DNA from: Moniliella sp. 'wahieum'
Taxonomy: Eukaryota
NCBI GenBank assembly: GCA_003971905.1
Contig: RSEE01000128.1
Coordinates: 1 to 64,000, forward strand
Length of the DNA stretch: 64,000 nucleotides
Direction of reading: 5' to 3'
The notes under the pieces were generated by a model. That model saw nothing but the letters and a program-made list of their open reading frames with translations, was not told the origin of the DNA and ran no database searches. Below are positions 51,800-64,000 of this stretch, one piece after another (positions within the stretch are counted from its first letter, which is position 1; each line of letters starts with the position of its first letter). Made by a program: the position numbers and the translations under genes.

Positions 51800-54700
51800 T
51801 GGAATACCAACCCTAGCAGCAACCCTACTGGTGCGGGCGGAGCAGGGATGGGGAGTGGTGCTGTGGTGGTGCGTCCTATGTGGGTGTGGCATATAGCAGG
51901 TACTGACTGCCCCATCCGATTCGTGTGGTTTGTCTGCCGCAAAGTCGATCCCAAGACGGGCTTTTGATCGTTCCGGCGCTGCGCAGCAGCCTCATCGATC
52001 ATCGTCGCCACCAGCACAGCCACCGCCACAGCGCGCACACCACCACCACCACCCGGAGCGCTCGTCCCGCTCCCGCCCAGCCTGCTCGGCTCGAACGACA
52101 CCCACGCTGGCCGGCCGGAAGACGCAGGACAGCACCGTTGGGCCCATCGGCTCGGCCTTCCTCGCTCGCTGCGCCGCTTCGCCCGCCTCGCCTGCCTCGC
52201 GCACACCAAGGTCCATGTCCACCACGCGGTACGCACGCGGCACATAGCTGGCAGGAATGTGGGCGAGCAGCGAACGTAGGTACCCGTTGTCCACGTCCGC
52301 TCGCACCGACCAGATGCGGACCTGGCTTGCTTGGTTCGGCGAGTCGGGGTCGGGTTTGCCTCGGGCTCGCATTGGGATCAGGCTCGGGATCGGGATCGGG
52401 ATCGTGGTGACGTGTCTGGTCTGAGTCGAAGGAGAGGGCATGAGGAACCAACCAATGCCGACCAACAGTTCCACCGCAGCTTGCCCCCCCTTCTGGACCC
52501 GACTCGATCAGCACCGCATCGTCCACTTGCCACCGACAGGTAAACCCTTTGCTCTGTCCTGGCCTTACCCTTACCCTTACCCTTACCTTACCCTTACCCT
52601 TACCCTGGCCTAGTTGGAGCAGGAACAAGACCCGCACGCTGCCCAACCAGCGCGTCACGCCCACGTACTGGCCCCAGTCGTGTTGGAACTGGCGCAGACG
52701 GGTGTGTGCGTGAGAGGCGAAGGGTTCAAACGAGGCGTGCTGCAACGCGGCACGGTAGCGCGCTTGTCGTCGCGCTGGACCTTGGCATGGTACGCGCGCC
52801 GCGCTTCGGCTTGCAGGTGCGTCGCGTCCGTAGCTGACAGGTTCAGTTCCGGCGCCGCCGGTCCCATTGTCGTCCCGCTCTCTAGCGCCGCAAGGCACGT
52901 TTGCTTGTACGCTTCGCGCGAGCGGGCGAGCGACATGTGGGGCACACGTAGTGGCGATACTGCCTCGAGAGGGGGGATAGCTGGAGGAACAAACGAATGG
53001 TCGTACCGATTGGGGATTGGGATTGCCTCTTCCTTGCGCGTAGGTCCGATTGAAATACGCCTCTGATCAAATCGACTATCGACGTTTAATGTTACCTCTT
53101 TCGTTTCTATTCGACCTTAGGCCATACCTCTCCGATTCTCAACATCTCGTCTCGTAGCTCATTCGGTTACTGCAGCTTGTGCGCACTGACTCGCGCTCCA
53201 TCCGCCGATGGGCCACCACCGTGTGCAGCAGCGTGCGCTTCGCCTCGCCCGCATCGTCCGCCGCCAGCTCGGCATAAGTCGCCGCATTGAAGACGAGTGC
53301 CGTTGCGCGGCCGTGGCACGCGCCGGGGGCGACAAGTCCGGTTCCCGCTCCGCTGAAAACGGATGGTGCAACGGCACTCGTCTTCCGCTCCGCTGAAACG
53401 GATGGTGCAAACGATGGTGCGAGCGATGGTGCAGACGAGACATCAGACAAACAATTGCCATGCTTCCGCCGCTGCCATCGAGGTGACCGAGGAGGAAGGC
53501 AGACGTACTGGCGTTGGCTGCCACGCCCCTTTGTTCCGCTTGGCTGTCGACGTCGGTCCCGGTCTCGGTGCTGGACAGGACGCGACGTACGCTCGTGAGT
53601 AAACTGCGCCGCCCGCCGCATCGCCCCGTGCGATAAGGACCAACGCATGCGTCGCATCCACACGCGCGGAAGGCGAAGGAGACGCCGTGCGCGGATGGGG
53701 GAGTGGGTGGGCTGTCTGCGGGCCGAGGATGGAGATGGGAGGGGGAGGGGAAGGGGGACTGCTTTTCTCTTTTTCTTTTTCTTCTTGTTCTTGTTCTTGG
53801 TGCTGGAGTACATGTCGGGCTTGGAGACAGAGCTGTTCTGCCTGCCCCACCAGACCTAGCACAATGTACATCCGCGCCGCTAGACACACACAACCACCCG
53901 TCCTTCGTCCCTTTGCTGCCGGCCCTTGCACCGTCTCGTCCACATGGCCAGCGCCGCACGCGGATCCCGGCTTTCCAACAACAACCCCACCAATACTAAC
54001 CGCAACCGCTGCGCTCGATCCGACCCGTGGCACGCACCCTCCTCGCCCTCGCGGCCTCCGTCTGGCTTGGCAGTCGTCGTCGTCGCCGTGCCGGATTCGG
54101 ATTCGGATTCGGGGCTGGTGTTGGGTTGGTGTTGGTGTTGGTGGGGATGGGAGGAGTGGGGGAGTGAGGGTAGGATCGGCGTCTTGCGACACACGATTCG
54201 CTTGCTCCAGCGTCCAGCGGTGCAGGTCGGCCACACGCACAAGCGCTTTGAGAGCAAGTCCCAGCAAAGCGGGGACAGCGCGCATGCAACACCCTAGCGA
54301 AAAGGGAACCAACGGCGACGCGGCCAATGCATACGACGATTCCTTTCCGGCCGCATCAGTTCGGTCCCAGCAGGCAGCGCCACGCGCCATAGCACCGACC
54401 ACAGATGATGATCCTCCGTCACAATCAGCGACGGCGACCGCAGCCGAATCAGCGCAGCCAGACGCACATGCCACACTCCAACTGGCCACCAGCGTGCTGC
54501 CATCCGGGAGGTTCAGCGGACGTCCCGGGCGTCGTCCTGGGCGTCGTCATGGGCGTTGTGATGGTCGCACGCTGCGCCAAGCGCTCAATCTCCCCTCGCG
54601 CCGTCGCGGCCAGCGCACGGAACTGCCCTGCCACGCGGCCTGTGGGGGGGGGGCAGGCGAGGCGAGCCAGGCCTCCGGCACCCGCTCCGCCGGTGGGGCC

Positions 54701-54852
54701 ATCGGGCACGGGCGCACTGAGTGCAGGCGCAGGGTCCAGGTGCGCTTGGGCCAACGTGCCCAGCGCATCCACCCGCGGCCATCGGTAAACATTGTGGGCG
54801 CACCCAGCTGTGCTAGCCACGCCGCGGACGCGGTGCTGCTGCTGCTGCTCAT
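51800..54852 (-). CDS. Large hypothetical protein (family not recognised)
   Basis: CCACCATG at 54852 and about 3 kb of coding-like, frameshift-interrupted segments (LLGLALKALVRVADLHRW, MSLARSREAYKQ, VELLVGIGWFL, GYLRSLLAHIP). Divergent from HUT1. Confidence 0.5.
52563..52605. repeat. (CCCTTA)n / (GTAAGG)n short tandem repeat
   Basis: About 7 units read directly. Confidence 0.85.
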
Positions 54853-55302
54853 GGTGGGCGCAGGCGGCGGGGGGGCGGATGGGCAGGAGGGAGGTCCTGG
54901 TGGTGGTGGTGGTGGAGGAGGCAATCGGCTGGTTGTTCAGAACCTGGCGAGGGCTGGGAGCACCGCCAGCAGCAGGCAAGGTTTGGTTGCGACAGACGAT
55001 GGTTCTTGCGCGGCTACGACAGGGCGACGATTACTACGACGATTACGACTGCTCCGAATTAAGGGCAAGCGTGGGCAGTGCAACATGAACATTGCACCAC
55101 CACCACCAGCGCCACACGGTGTCACATCCGAGGCAAGTGGATTCCCGCGTGTGTGGCAGATCACCTCCCTTTTCCACCACTTGTTTTCTTCCGCCGCCCC
55201 TCGCCCCCCCTCGCCCCACGTGCCAGCACCACCACCACCACCACCACCACCCCCCCCCCATCTGCCTTTCGCCCCCCCGCCGCCTCGGGTGCTGTCGCCG
55301 CC

Positions 55303-56634
55303 ATGTCGCTCGCTGCGCTGGGCGTGTGTGCCGGCGCAATCTACACCTTCTTTCTCGCCTGGGGTCTTCTCCAGGAACGCATCGGCACCTACCGCTACCC
55401 CACCTACACCGACCCCGCCGTCACAGCGCGCTTCCCCACCCGCTCTTTCTCAATGCCATCCAGTGCGTGGCCAGCGCCCTGTTCGCCGCCGTCTACCTCC
55501 TCCTCTTCCCGCCCGCGCTCCCCTCCCCACCGCCCGCCTCCCGCTCCCGCCGCGTCCTGCGCATCTTGGGCCTCTCCGCCCTCACCCACCAGGGCGCAGC
55601 CGACGCACTCAAACCCTCCCCCGGCACCAGCACCAACAACAGCAACAGCGCCAGCACCGCCAAGTCGCTCGACGACGACGCGCAAAAACACGTCGCCGTG
55701 GCTTGCCACCGCTGCTGGTGCGCTACCTCGCCATCAGCCTGTTGCAGTCGGTCGCGAGCCAACTTGCATTTGGTGCGTTGGCATGGGGCGTGTCCTACCC
55801 GATGCTGACGCTGGCCAAGAGTTGCAAGTTGGTTCCGGTGATGCTGATGAACGTGCTACTCTACCGCCGTCGGTTTGCGCCGTCCAAGTACGTGGTAGTG
55901 GGCCTGGTGACGAGTGGGATTGTCTGTTCATGCTCGGTGCGCCGCCCAAGCGGGCGTCCTCGGCGTCGGCGGCTGGGTCGGGCGGTAAGGTCCCAAGCAG
56001 CTCGGTGGTGGGACTGGTCTGTTTGCTGGCGAATTTGGCCATTGACGGCGTGACCAACTCGACGCAGGACGAAGTGTTTGCGCGCTACGCCGTGTCGGGT
56101 CCACAGATGATGTTGGTGATGAACGCCATTGGTGCCGCATTGCAACTTGTCACGCTCTTGCTCCCGTCGCCGCGCGCGGTCCTAACGGCCGCCACTGCCG
56201 CTCTGTCCTCACCATCACTATCATCATCATCATCGTCCTTGTCGTTATTGTCATGGTCGTCGATACGGGCGACGCTGACGAGCGGACTGGCAAGTTCCGA
56301 GATGGGTGTAGCGCTCCAGTTTGTCCGGGATCACCGCGACATTGGGCGGGACGTGGTGGGGTACGCGTTGGCCGGGTCGCTGGGTCAAGTGGCGATCTTT
56401 GAGACGCTGCATCGGTTTGGCAGTCTCACCTTGGTCAGCCTCACGGTGACGCGCAAGTTGTTTACGATGTTGCTGAGCGTGGTGTGGTACGGTCACCGGC
56501 TCACGCTGCTCCAATGGTTCGGCGGCGCAGCAGTGGTGTTTGTCGGGATTGGGATTGAGGCACAGCACAAACGCTCTGAAGCGCGTGCTAAATCTGCCGC
56601 GACCAACCGCGCCACCGCGAGGAAGGTCAAGTAG
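55303..56634 (+). CDS. HUT1: ER nucleotide-sugar/ATP transporter HUT1 (SLC35B1 family)
   Basis: IY..FL.WGLLQERI, VSYP..TLAKSCKLVPVM, DGVTNSTQD, SLGQVAIFETL..FGSL and TVTRKLFTMLLSV. Basic C-terminus RKVK. Confidence 0.92.
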   Translation: MSLAALGVCAGAIYTFFLAWGLLQERIGTYRYPTYTDPAVTARFPTRSFSMPSSAWPAPCSPPSTSSSSRPRSPPHRPPPAPAASCASWASPPSPTRAQPTHSNPPPAPAPTTATAPAPPSRSTTTRKNTSPWLATAAGALPRHQPVAVGREPTCIWCVGMGRVLPDADAGQELQVGSGDADERATLPPSVCAVQVRGSGPGDEWDCLFMLGAPPKRASSASAAGSGGKVPSSSVVGLVCLLANLAIDGVTNSTQDEVFARYAVSGPQMMLVMNAIGAALQLVTLLLPSPRAVLTAATAALSSPSLSSSSSSLSLLSWSSIRATLTSGLASSEMGVALQFVRDHRDIGRDVVGYALAGSLGQVAIFETLHRFGSLTLVSLTVTRKLFTMLLSVVWYGHRLTLLQWFGGAAVVFVGIGIEAQHKRSEARAKSAATNRATARKVK

Positions 56635-57260
56635 GTTCTAACCCCCCCCCCCCCCGCTTCCTCACTCTTATATTCCCCTCGCGACGTGGGGTCGATCGAT
56701 TTCGTGTGTCGTTGGTAGGGATGCGGGGCGGTGGGTTGTGCCCTCATCGCAAGGTATAGTAAAGCAGGACAACAAAGGGAGACAGGAGACAGGAGGTGAA
56801 CGTAGGAGAACACAAAACGTTATCTAACTCCCATGTGTCCGAATGTACTACTAGAAAGTAGAAAAGGCAATCTACGTCTTACTTAGCCATGCTCACCAGC
56901 CAAGCAAAGGAAAAGGAAGCGAAGTTTGTCGTCTGCTCTCCGGTAGGTCAGTTTCGTCGCTCAATCCACGCACGACAACCCCCTCGATCCCCATTTCCTA
57001 CTATCCCATCCCATCCCATCTCATCTCATCCTATCCAGTCCCATCCAGTCCCACCAACCACGAACTTCGACATGACCACAGTACAGCATATGCATATGTC
57101 CATTGACCCCTCTTCCCTCCATCGGTTCCTTTCTTGTTTCCTTGCTGTAGTATACACGCACTTGCAATGCATCCGCTCTTCCTTTCCCTGACCTTGTTCG
57201 GCCTTGGCCTTTCGTTCTTCGTGCTTGGTGCTTAGTACTTGGGGCGGGGGGGGGGACAAA

Positions 57261-60200
57261 TTAGTCGGCGTTAGCCACAAACAACTTGGGCCGCGGGACC
57301 AACGTCGCAGCCGGCTGGGCATGATGGTGATGATGAAGATGGTGTGCTCGGCTTGAACCGGTACCTTTTCTCCTTCCACTCCCACTGGCACTAGCGCTGG
57401 TCCGGGGCGTTGTACGTTGTTGTCCCCGCTTGGATCGGCGGGCCGGGACGGATGACACCGGTCCCGGTAGCATTTCCCCTTCCCGCGCCGCGCGTGTACG
57501 GTCCACGCGACCACCTTCACCTTCGTGGTCCCACCGTCGTCACCAAGGTCGTACCGATACGTCGCTTCCGCATATGGGTCCTCGTCCTCGTATTCGTCGT
57601 TGTGGCTGAGGTTGATGGGGTTGAGGTTGAGGTTATGTTGGTCGGCTTGGATCGGGTCGACAAAGGGATCCGATGGCTCGGGTCTTGGTCCTGTACCTGC
57701 CGCTCGCCCAGCCGGGCCTGGGGGCAGGCCCAGTGATCGCGAGGCGTTCCGACTGAGTCTGGCGCGCGCCTGGGACTGGGAAGAAGTACGGGCCAAGGAG
57801 GCCGAGTAGGACGAAGGACTTGGCGGAGGAACCCCTTGGTTTGGCATCCACCGATGGGACGTTGGCATCGGTCCGTGCGCTCCCCAAGCAGCGGAGCGGG
57901 CGGAGCGAGAGGAGCGAGAGGAGGGGTAAGATCGCGACGAGCGGGAGGAACGAGTAGAACGTGAGGAACGAGATGGCATGCGATAGGCCACGTCCATCGT
58001 CCCCATCCGTTCCAATGCCGAACTCGAAGCGGTCCCAGCAGTGGCGATGCTCCCTTCGCCCCCGGATCGGCGCGGACGAGGATGCAGCCGCAAGGAAGCA
58101 CTAGGCCCCAGGAGGGGCGAACGCGGTGGAGAAACAAGTGGAAGAGAAGCTGAAACCACAGGTTCGTCCACCCATTCACCTTCTTCTTCCGCTACCGGTT
58201 CCCCGATCGAGCCAAAGTCCAAGGTGCTCGAGACGCCCGAGACTGCGCGGTGCAGGTGCAGGCAGTGGCACTGACCCCGACGGCGGAGACGGCGCGGCCC
58301 ACAAGGCCGAGGGGGGCGCTGGATCACGAATGGGCGTCGCGGCCGACGGCGTGGGCACGTACCGCGACCGTCCGTGGGGACGACGTCGACTGTCATCCTT
58401 GTCGGGGCTAGAGGGGGCTGCGCGACCCCATGCACCTCCGCCACCCAATGCGCCACCATCGCCACCGTATGCACCACCGGGAGGGAAAGCGCTACCGTAC
58501 GCGCCGCCAGCGGAGGAAGAGGAGGAAGAGGCGAGAGGTGCGCCCAGCGCGGCCGAGGTGCCGGGTAAGGGTAATGGGGTAGGATCGGATTTGAGGCGGT
58601 GCCACCACGTGCTACCGGAACGAAGCATCGAGGTGCGTCGACTGGGCTCATCGGGCGTCGCGATCGGCGCAAAGCCCAGGACGAGGGGGCGGAGGCGGTG
58701 GGGACGAGTTGCTGTGCAGGCCAGCGTCGGACGACAGGGGACGGTAGCCGTGCGAGGCGGCGGAGGAGTGCTCACCGTCGCCCTCGCCCTCGTCCGCGTC
58801 TGCATCCGCGTCGTGCTGGCCATCGTGGGGCTTGTCGTGCGAATGGGAATGGGAGTTGGAGTGGGAGTGGGAGTGGGAGTGAGAGTGGGACTGGGACTGG
58901 GACTGGGAGTTGGAATGGGAGTGGGAATGCGAGTGGGAATGCGACTGGGAATGGGACCCGTCGAGGGAGTGGGGAAGGGGCGGTAAAAAGCGCCTTCAGC
59001 GTCGTTTTGCCCCTCGAGCACGCTGTCGAGGAACGGATCTTCGTCCACGTCGTCGTCCTCATCCGCCAGCATATCGCTCCGCCGACGCGCTCCCACGCCC
59101 ACGCCGTACGTACGGCTGCCACCACGCAAGCGCCCTCGCATCTTGCTGATCGCGCGCGGCCGCGCAGCCGTTCCCGCGACCGAAGCCAGCGCAGCCGCAC
59201 CAAACGCTCCGTCGCGGCGTGCATGCGGGTGCGCAGCATCGCGGTCGCGCGGCGAGGAGAGGAGAGGAGCGGGGGGCGGATCGTACCGCCCATCGGGCAC
59301 CGGAGGAAGCGGGCGGTCGTGTGCAGAGCCCCGTGGTGACGAGGAGGGAGAGGCAGAGGAGGAGGACGGGGTGTGGGTCGTGGTGGACGAAGAGACCAAG
59401 TAGGGCTGGTCCAACAGCGGAGCGTACCCTCTCTCTTCGTTTTCCTCTTGCTCCACCAGCAGCACCAGTACCAATGCCAAGCCCCGCCATGCCGGCCTTG
59501 GACGCGAACAAAAACGGGCTGGCGTGGGTCGTTGCTCCAGCCCTTCCATCGCTCTCGTTCCCCATCAACGCACCATCGTCCGCATCGCCATCCATATCCG
59601 GAGGAGGCTTCTGCTCCGCGACATACGAGTAGGCACCCAACGCCCACGCACGTTGGTGGCGTTTGCGCAAGCGGTATTGCCGATACACCACCACGCCCGC
59701 CGCGCCGACCAGCGCAACCGCTACCAACGACCCCACCACTGCACCGGCCACAGCACCCTTGTCCATCCCCCCACTGGGCGGGTTGAGCTGCCCATGTCCG
59801 CTGTCGGATGAGCCGTCGCTCGAGCTCGACCCGCCTGAGGGGTGCGAAGAGTGGTGGGGGAGCCGTGCGAGCCAGAGGCCGAGTGGTGTCCTGATCCAGA
59901 CCGGACGCGGAGTTGGAGGCAGATGGAGTACTTCCCCCGGCGGAGTGAGTGGTGGGATCGGGCGAGTAACTGGGTCCGCCATCTTGCCAGCCTGGACTGG
60001 CCGTCGGCCTCGTGGGACTCACAGTGGGATTCGCAGTGGGATTCGCAGTGGCCGTCGCGCCGCCGCTGGCTCCGGAAACGCCCGACTTGGTCCCACTGCC
60101 TCCGCCGCCTCCGGTCCCACTGCCCTTGGTCCCGCTGTCCCCTCCGGCACTCGCGCTCGGGGACGGACCAGCTGCACCCGACCCGCCCACTGTTCCGATC

Positions 60201-61807
60201 GACGGAGCCACGCCGGACGAGCCCGAACCAGGAGAACCAGGAGAACCAGGAGAACCAGGAGAAGAACCAGAAGGAGAAGGAGCGTTCCCCGCTGAGGCTT
60301 GGGAGGTTCCCCCGGTTCCTGCTCCACCGGTTCCTGCATCCGATCCTGATCCCGATCCCGATCCCGATCCCGATCCCGGTGCGTTTCCTGCGCCAAGCGC
60401 CCCGGCCAGATCAAATACGAACCACTGGAGCGGGTTGGCCGGCTGTTGACCTTCCCATCCCAGACCGAGCAACACTTGCGTGCCAACGCCGACGGCGGTA
60501 TGGGCGTACCGCGCCGACGGTCCCGAGGCAGGGTTCGGGTACCGCTGCCACCCAGCGCCGCGGGTCGGGGGATAAAGACAAGACCCACGTATCCCCCTCT
60601 GCTACCGTACCGTCGGTCGTGCCGCCGTGGAGAAAGATGTGTCGATGGGGCAAGGCGGCCGTCGCGGCGAGTTGGCGCGGGGCAGGTGCGGGACCTGGCA
60701 CGGTGAGCGAGGTCCAGGTCCAGCTACGGCCTTGTGATTGGGTTTGGGTTTTGTCGTGGACTTGGTCGGAGGGCAAGTGGGCGCGGACGTGGGGCGGGAA
60801 GAAGAAGAAGAAGAGAGGGTGGAAGACGTGGTGCGTAAAAGGTAGACGGTCGACATGTCGGCCCACGTCCCCTCGACCGTCTGGCCACCCAGCAAAACCG
60901 CCTCGGTCTCCGACAGACCAACCAGGGCACCACCTACGACTCCTGCCCCTGGTGGCGGCGGTGGGACCACGTCAAATCCCAAGTCGGCCAGGGCCGAACT
61001 GGTCCCCGAACTCGACGTCGTACTGGTATTGGTGGTGGTGGTAGAGCCAAAGCACCAGGAGGCATTGGACGCGATGTTGGAGCCATCGGGCCGTTGTCCG
61101 CCTACGAGTACACTGGTCGTGCCCACCGCCGAGTTGGCGGCCATCGCCACGCGGGCCGGTTGGAGCGCGGGCCAAGGCAGGGCCCTCAGCTTGGAACCCG
61201 AGGGGGAAGACGTGGAAGGAGGAAAGGTAAGGAGAACAGCGGAATCGTTGGCGGATTGGGTGGGGGAGAGCGGGTCGGGGAGGCCGCCAACGAGGAGGGC
61301 CTGGTGGGGCTGGAAGGGAAAGGGAGATGAGGATGAGGAGCTGGCGAGGGGGACGGGGAGCAAGGCATGGAAGGCAGTGGCGGGCGCCGCGCGTGCTGCT
61401 ATCGGCCGCGGGCGCGACCAACTTGAATGGCGGCGCGTCTAAGCCAAAGGGGCGGGTAAGGTCCAGCGCCCAGAGCTGTGGGCTGAGCGGGCCAGAGCTG
61501 AAGGTGAAGCCGCCGGCGCCCGAGGAGGCAGGCGCGGTGCGGCCGCCGTGGAGGTAGAGGGTGTTGTTGAGCACAAGGCTTGCCGCGCCCCAGCTAGCAC
61601 CACCGCCAGAGAGAGGGGGGGTGTCAGTGTGTGGGGGCGGGGGAGGGAGGAGCGGGGGGACGTACCGTGCGGCGGTGAAGGTGCTGCTGGCGGCCGCGGC
61701 GGCGCCGTGGCGGCGACCGCGGTGGAGAAGGCGAGGAGGCGCAAGAGGCTGGCGAGCAGCGCGGGCGCGCTGCTGCCGCGCCGTCTGCTCTTCCTCCGCG
61801 CAGACAT
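57261..61807 (-). CDS. Kelch/galactose-oxidase-repeat single-pass membrane protein with long disordered cytoplasmic tail
   Basis: Signal peptide and kelch-like blades (LYLHGGR, LVGGL, VLVGGQ, VLLGGQ, IFLHGGT). S/G/P-rich stalk, TM GAVAGAVVGSLVAVALVGAAGVVVYRQYR and terminal LFVANAD. Intron at about 61600-61665. Confidence 0.75.
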
Positions 61808-62060
61808 GGCGGGAGGGGGAATGCGGTGGTGCTGGCGAGGCGGAGGAGGATGGCGTCGAGGAGGCCGCGGATGGGGGGAAAGCACACCCCGCCGCGGCCT
61901 CGACGGACTTGGTGGAGACAAATCTACGCGGCGTGCTACACGACTATCTACACACTCGCCCCGTGCCCACACCCCACGCACTAGGGTTCGGCCAGCCCAC
62001 AAGCGCTGTCCACACTGCCCCCGCGCCGCGCACACGGGACACTGGGCTCAAGATTGAATT

Positions 62061-64000
62061 TCAATGCACAGCCATACCCATTGCGAGTGCGTTACACAAA
62101 GATGCTGAACCGCCATCCGCCAGGCATCCGACGCGCCCCGTCTCCCTTCTCGTCGCCACCAACTGCCTCCTTCGCGCCGTCGTCGTCGTCGCCGTCGTGC
62201 TCCTGCACCCCCCGCGCACCGCCCCCGTTGCAGGCGCAGGTGTAGGCGCAGTTGCACGTGTAGGCGCAGGTGTAGGCACAGGCGCACGTGTAGGCGCAGG
62301 TGTAGGCACAGGCGCAGGCGGAAGCGCAGGCACTGCGGCCGCGGCCGATGGGACCGAAAGCGACGCCTCCTTCGAGCGGAGGGTGGACGACGAAGTGTGC
62401 CTCGACAGGGCGCGCCGGAACTTGGTGACGGCATGGACCACAGCAAAGACGCCCTGGACGGACACGATGGAGTTTTGAAGATCCTCTTCGGTCAGTTGGT
62501 CGTCCTGCACCACCGTCTTGACATTCTCCGCCTTGGACGGGAACGCCTCCTTGCCGTCCTGGGTCAGCCACGGGTCGGACCGAAGCGCATCAAGCGTTGT
62601 CCGCTCCGATCCCTGTTTGCGCAGCAACCCTTGCAGCAACTGCGTGCACCCGCTCGGCAAGGTGGCTGGGTAAGTGGGTTCGTCCTGCCGGATCGAGGTG
62701 TAGAGGTCGAGCAGGCTGGTCTGCCGAAACGGAAGCCGTCCGACCACCATGCAGTAAAACGTCACCCCCATGCTCCACAGGTCGTCTTGAAATCCATGAA
62801 ACGCGCGCCGCTCCGGGACCCACTCGTACCCGATCCAGAGGCCGATGCCGAGCCCGTAGGCGAAGGAGACGAAGAAGACGAAGCCGGAGAAGACGAAGAA
62901 GGATGGATAGGCGCAGTCGTCGGAGTCGTAGTAGTAGAAACCTGGACCAGTCAGGCGACATAAATGCCGGGGAGCCAGCGCCATGGAACAAGGCATCGTC
63001 CTCGCCCTTAACAACATTTCCGACACGCCAAAATCGACAATCTTGCATGTCTGGCGATCGCGGGTAAGCAAGATGTTTTCGGGCTTAAGGTCGCGATGGG
63101 CAATCTGGTTCGAATGAAGGTACTCGACGCCCATCACGATCTGACGCATATACTGTCGTGCAACCTCGGGGTCCAGCGGCGGCACAGTTTGGTCGACCTG
63201 CACCTCAATCACCCCGCCTCCAGGGCAAAACTCAAACACCATAAACAAACTGTCGCCGCCCGTTTGGTTCAGCACCTCGTACAGCCGGACCACATTGGGA
63301 TGGTGTAGCTTTTTCAAAATGGCCAGTTCACGCCGAATCAAATACAACGGATCTTTCCGACTTTGCTCCTCTTCCAAGCGAAGCCACTGCGAACGTTGCC
63401 GTCGCGCCGCTTCCAGAGTGGTCGCCTCCGTCGAAATCTCCTCCGTCCGGCTCCCAGCACCTGACGCAGCAGTGCCCGATCCCGACCCAACTCCCGACAC
63501 CGCGCCCGGTACGGATCCAGATCCGGTTGCCGAAGCCGAACCAGAGGGCGAGAGTGAGGCGGTGGGCTGGGCATGTGCAGGCGCGGGTGGACGCGCGGGC
63601 GGACGACGTTGGAGCAAGGCGGCACGTTGGGTCCGTCGCAACCGGGTCTTGCTAAACTCCTTGACGGCCTAGCTCGCGGGAAAGGCCGAATCAACAAGGG
63701 AAAAAAGAAAAGAAAAAATGCCCCATGAAGGACCCGCCCAGAACCAATGCCCAACCAGCAACGCCAACACCAAACCAGAACCGTAAAGCAAAAAGAAAAA
63801 AGAAAAAAGAGGAGGTTAGTAAGCCGCAACCGATGCCACCCACACATCCATACCCTCATCCACCGAGAAAAGGAAAGAGAAAGAGGGGAGGAGGGGAAGA
63901 GACGTACAAATTCCACACTCGGATCGTCGGCCAAAGTAGCCCGATGAACTGTGCCATACGCGCCTTGGCCAATAATCTCGTAAATCCGGTACTGGTTCAA
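62061..64000 (-). CDS. Ca2+/calmodulin-dependent protein kinase kinase (CaMKK family), 5' end outside the window
   Basis: NQY.I...IGQGAYGTV, AVKEFSK.RL, DPLYLIRRELAILKKLHHPNVV, HRDLKPENILL, IVDFGVSEM, GSPAFMSP and DLWSMGVT. Intron at about 63670-63907. Confidence 0.9.

Noticed and set aside
52563..52605. Telomere-like repeat
   Set aside because: The unit is TAAGGG rather than TTAGGG, it is short and internal to a gene.
53687..56053. 788-aa ORF and many other long overlapping ORFs in the track
   Set aside because: Shadow ORFs of GC-rich DNA; only parts coincide with real exons (here HUT1) through frameshift errors.

Overview
Gene-dense, GC-rich fungal genomic DNA. It is most likely a basidiomycete of the Ustilaginomycotina type, judged from an RNase U1-like gene, a Malassezia SMG1-like lipase and GTACGT-dominated introns. 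About 22 spliced protein genes can be read: class 3 lipase, SCO1, THOC7, an ACS-family MFS transporter, NDUFB7, MAM33, LYS1, a secreted T1-family RNase, the CAF-1 large subunit, FIT/Scs3, a SAM methyltransferase, an Slt2-type MAPK, an OPT transporter, an ACBP-domain membrane protein, a DUF2433+RRM protein, an acyl-CoA thioesterase, a CARNMT1-like protein, HUT1, a kelch membrane protein, a CaMKK and two unidentified genes. Almost every gene is interrupted by 1-nt indels typical of an unpolished long-read assembly, so CDS coordinates are approximate gene spans and all names come from recognising motifs, not from database searches. I found no prokaryote-style system (CRISPR, operon, rRNA or tRNA). 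The best leads are: (1) a ~330-nt intergenic element at 34456-34785 with a closing helix and several internal helices that matches no RNA family I recognise; (2) a 437-nt intron whose branch point must lie more than 300 nt from the 3' AG because an A-free (TTTTGCC)n tract fills the gap; (3) short, sharply bounded TpA-rich, ApT-rich and TTGAA/TTCAA-rich patches confined to long intergenic regions, which look like context-specific C-to-T hypermutation or DNA-modification footprints.
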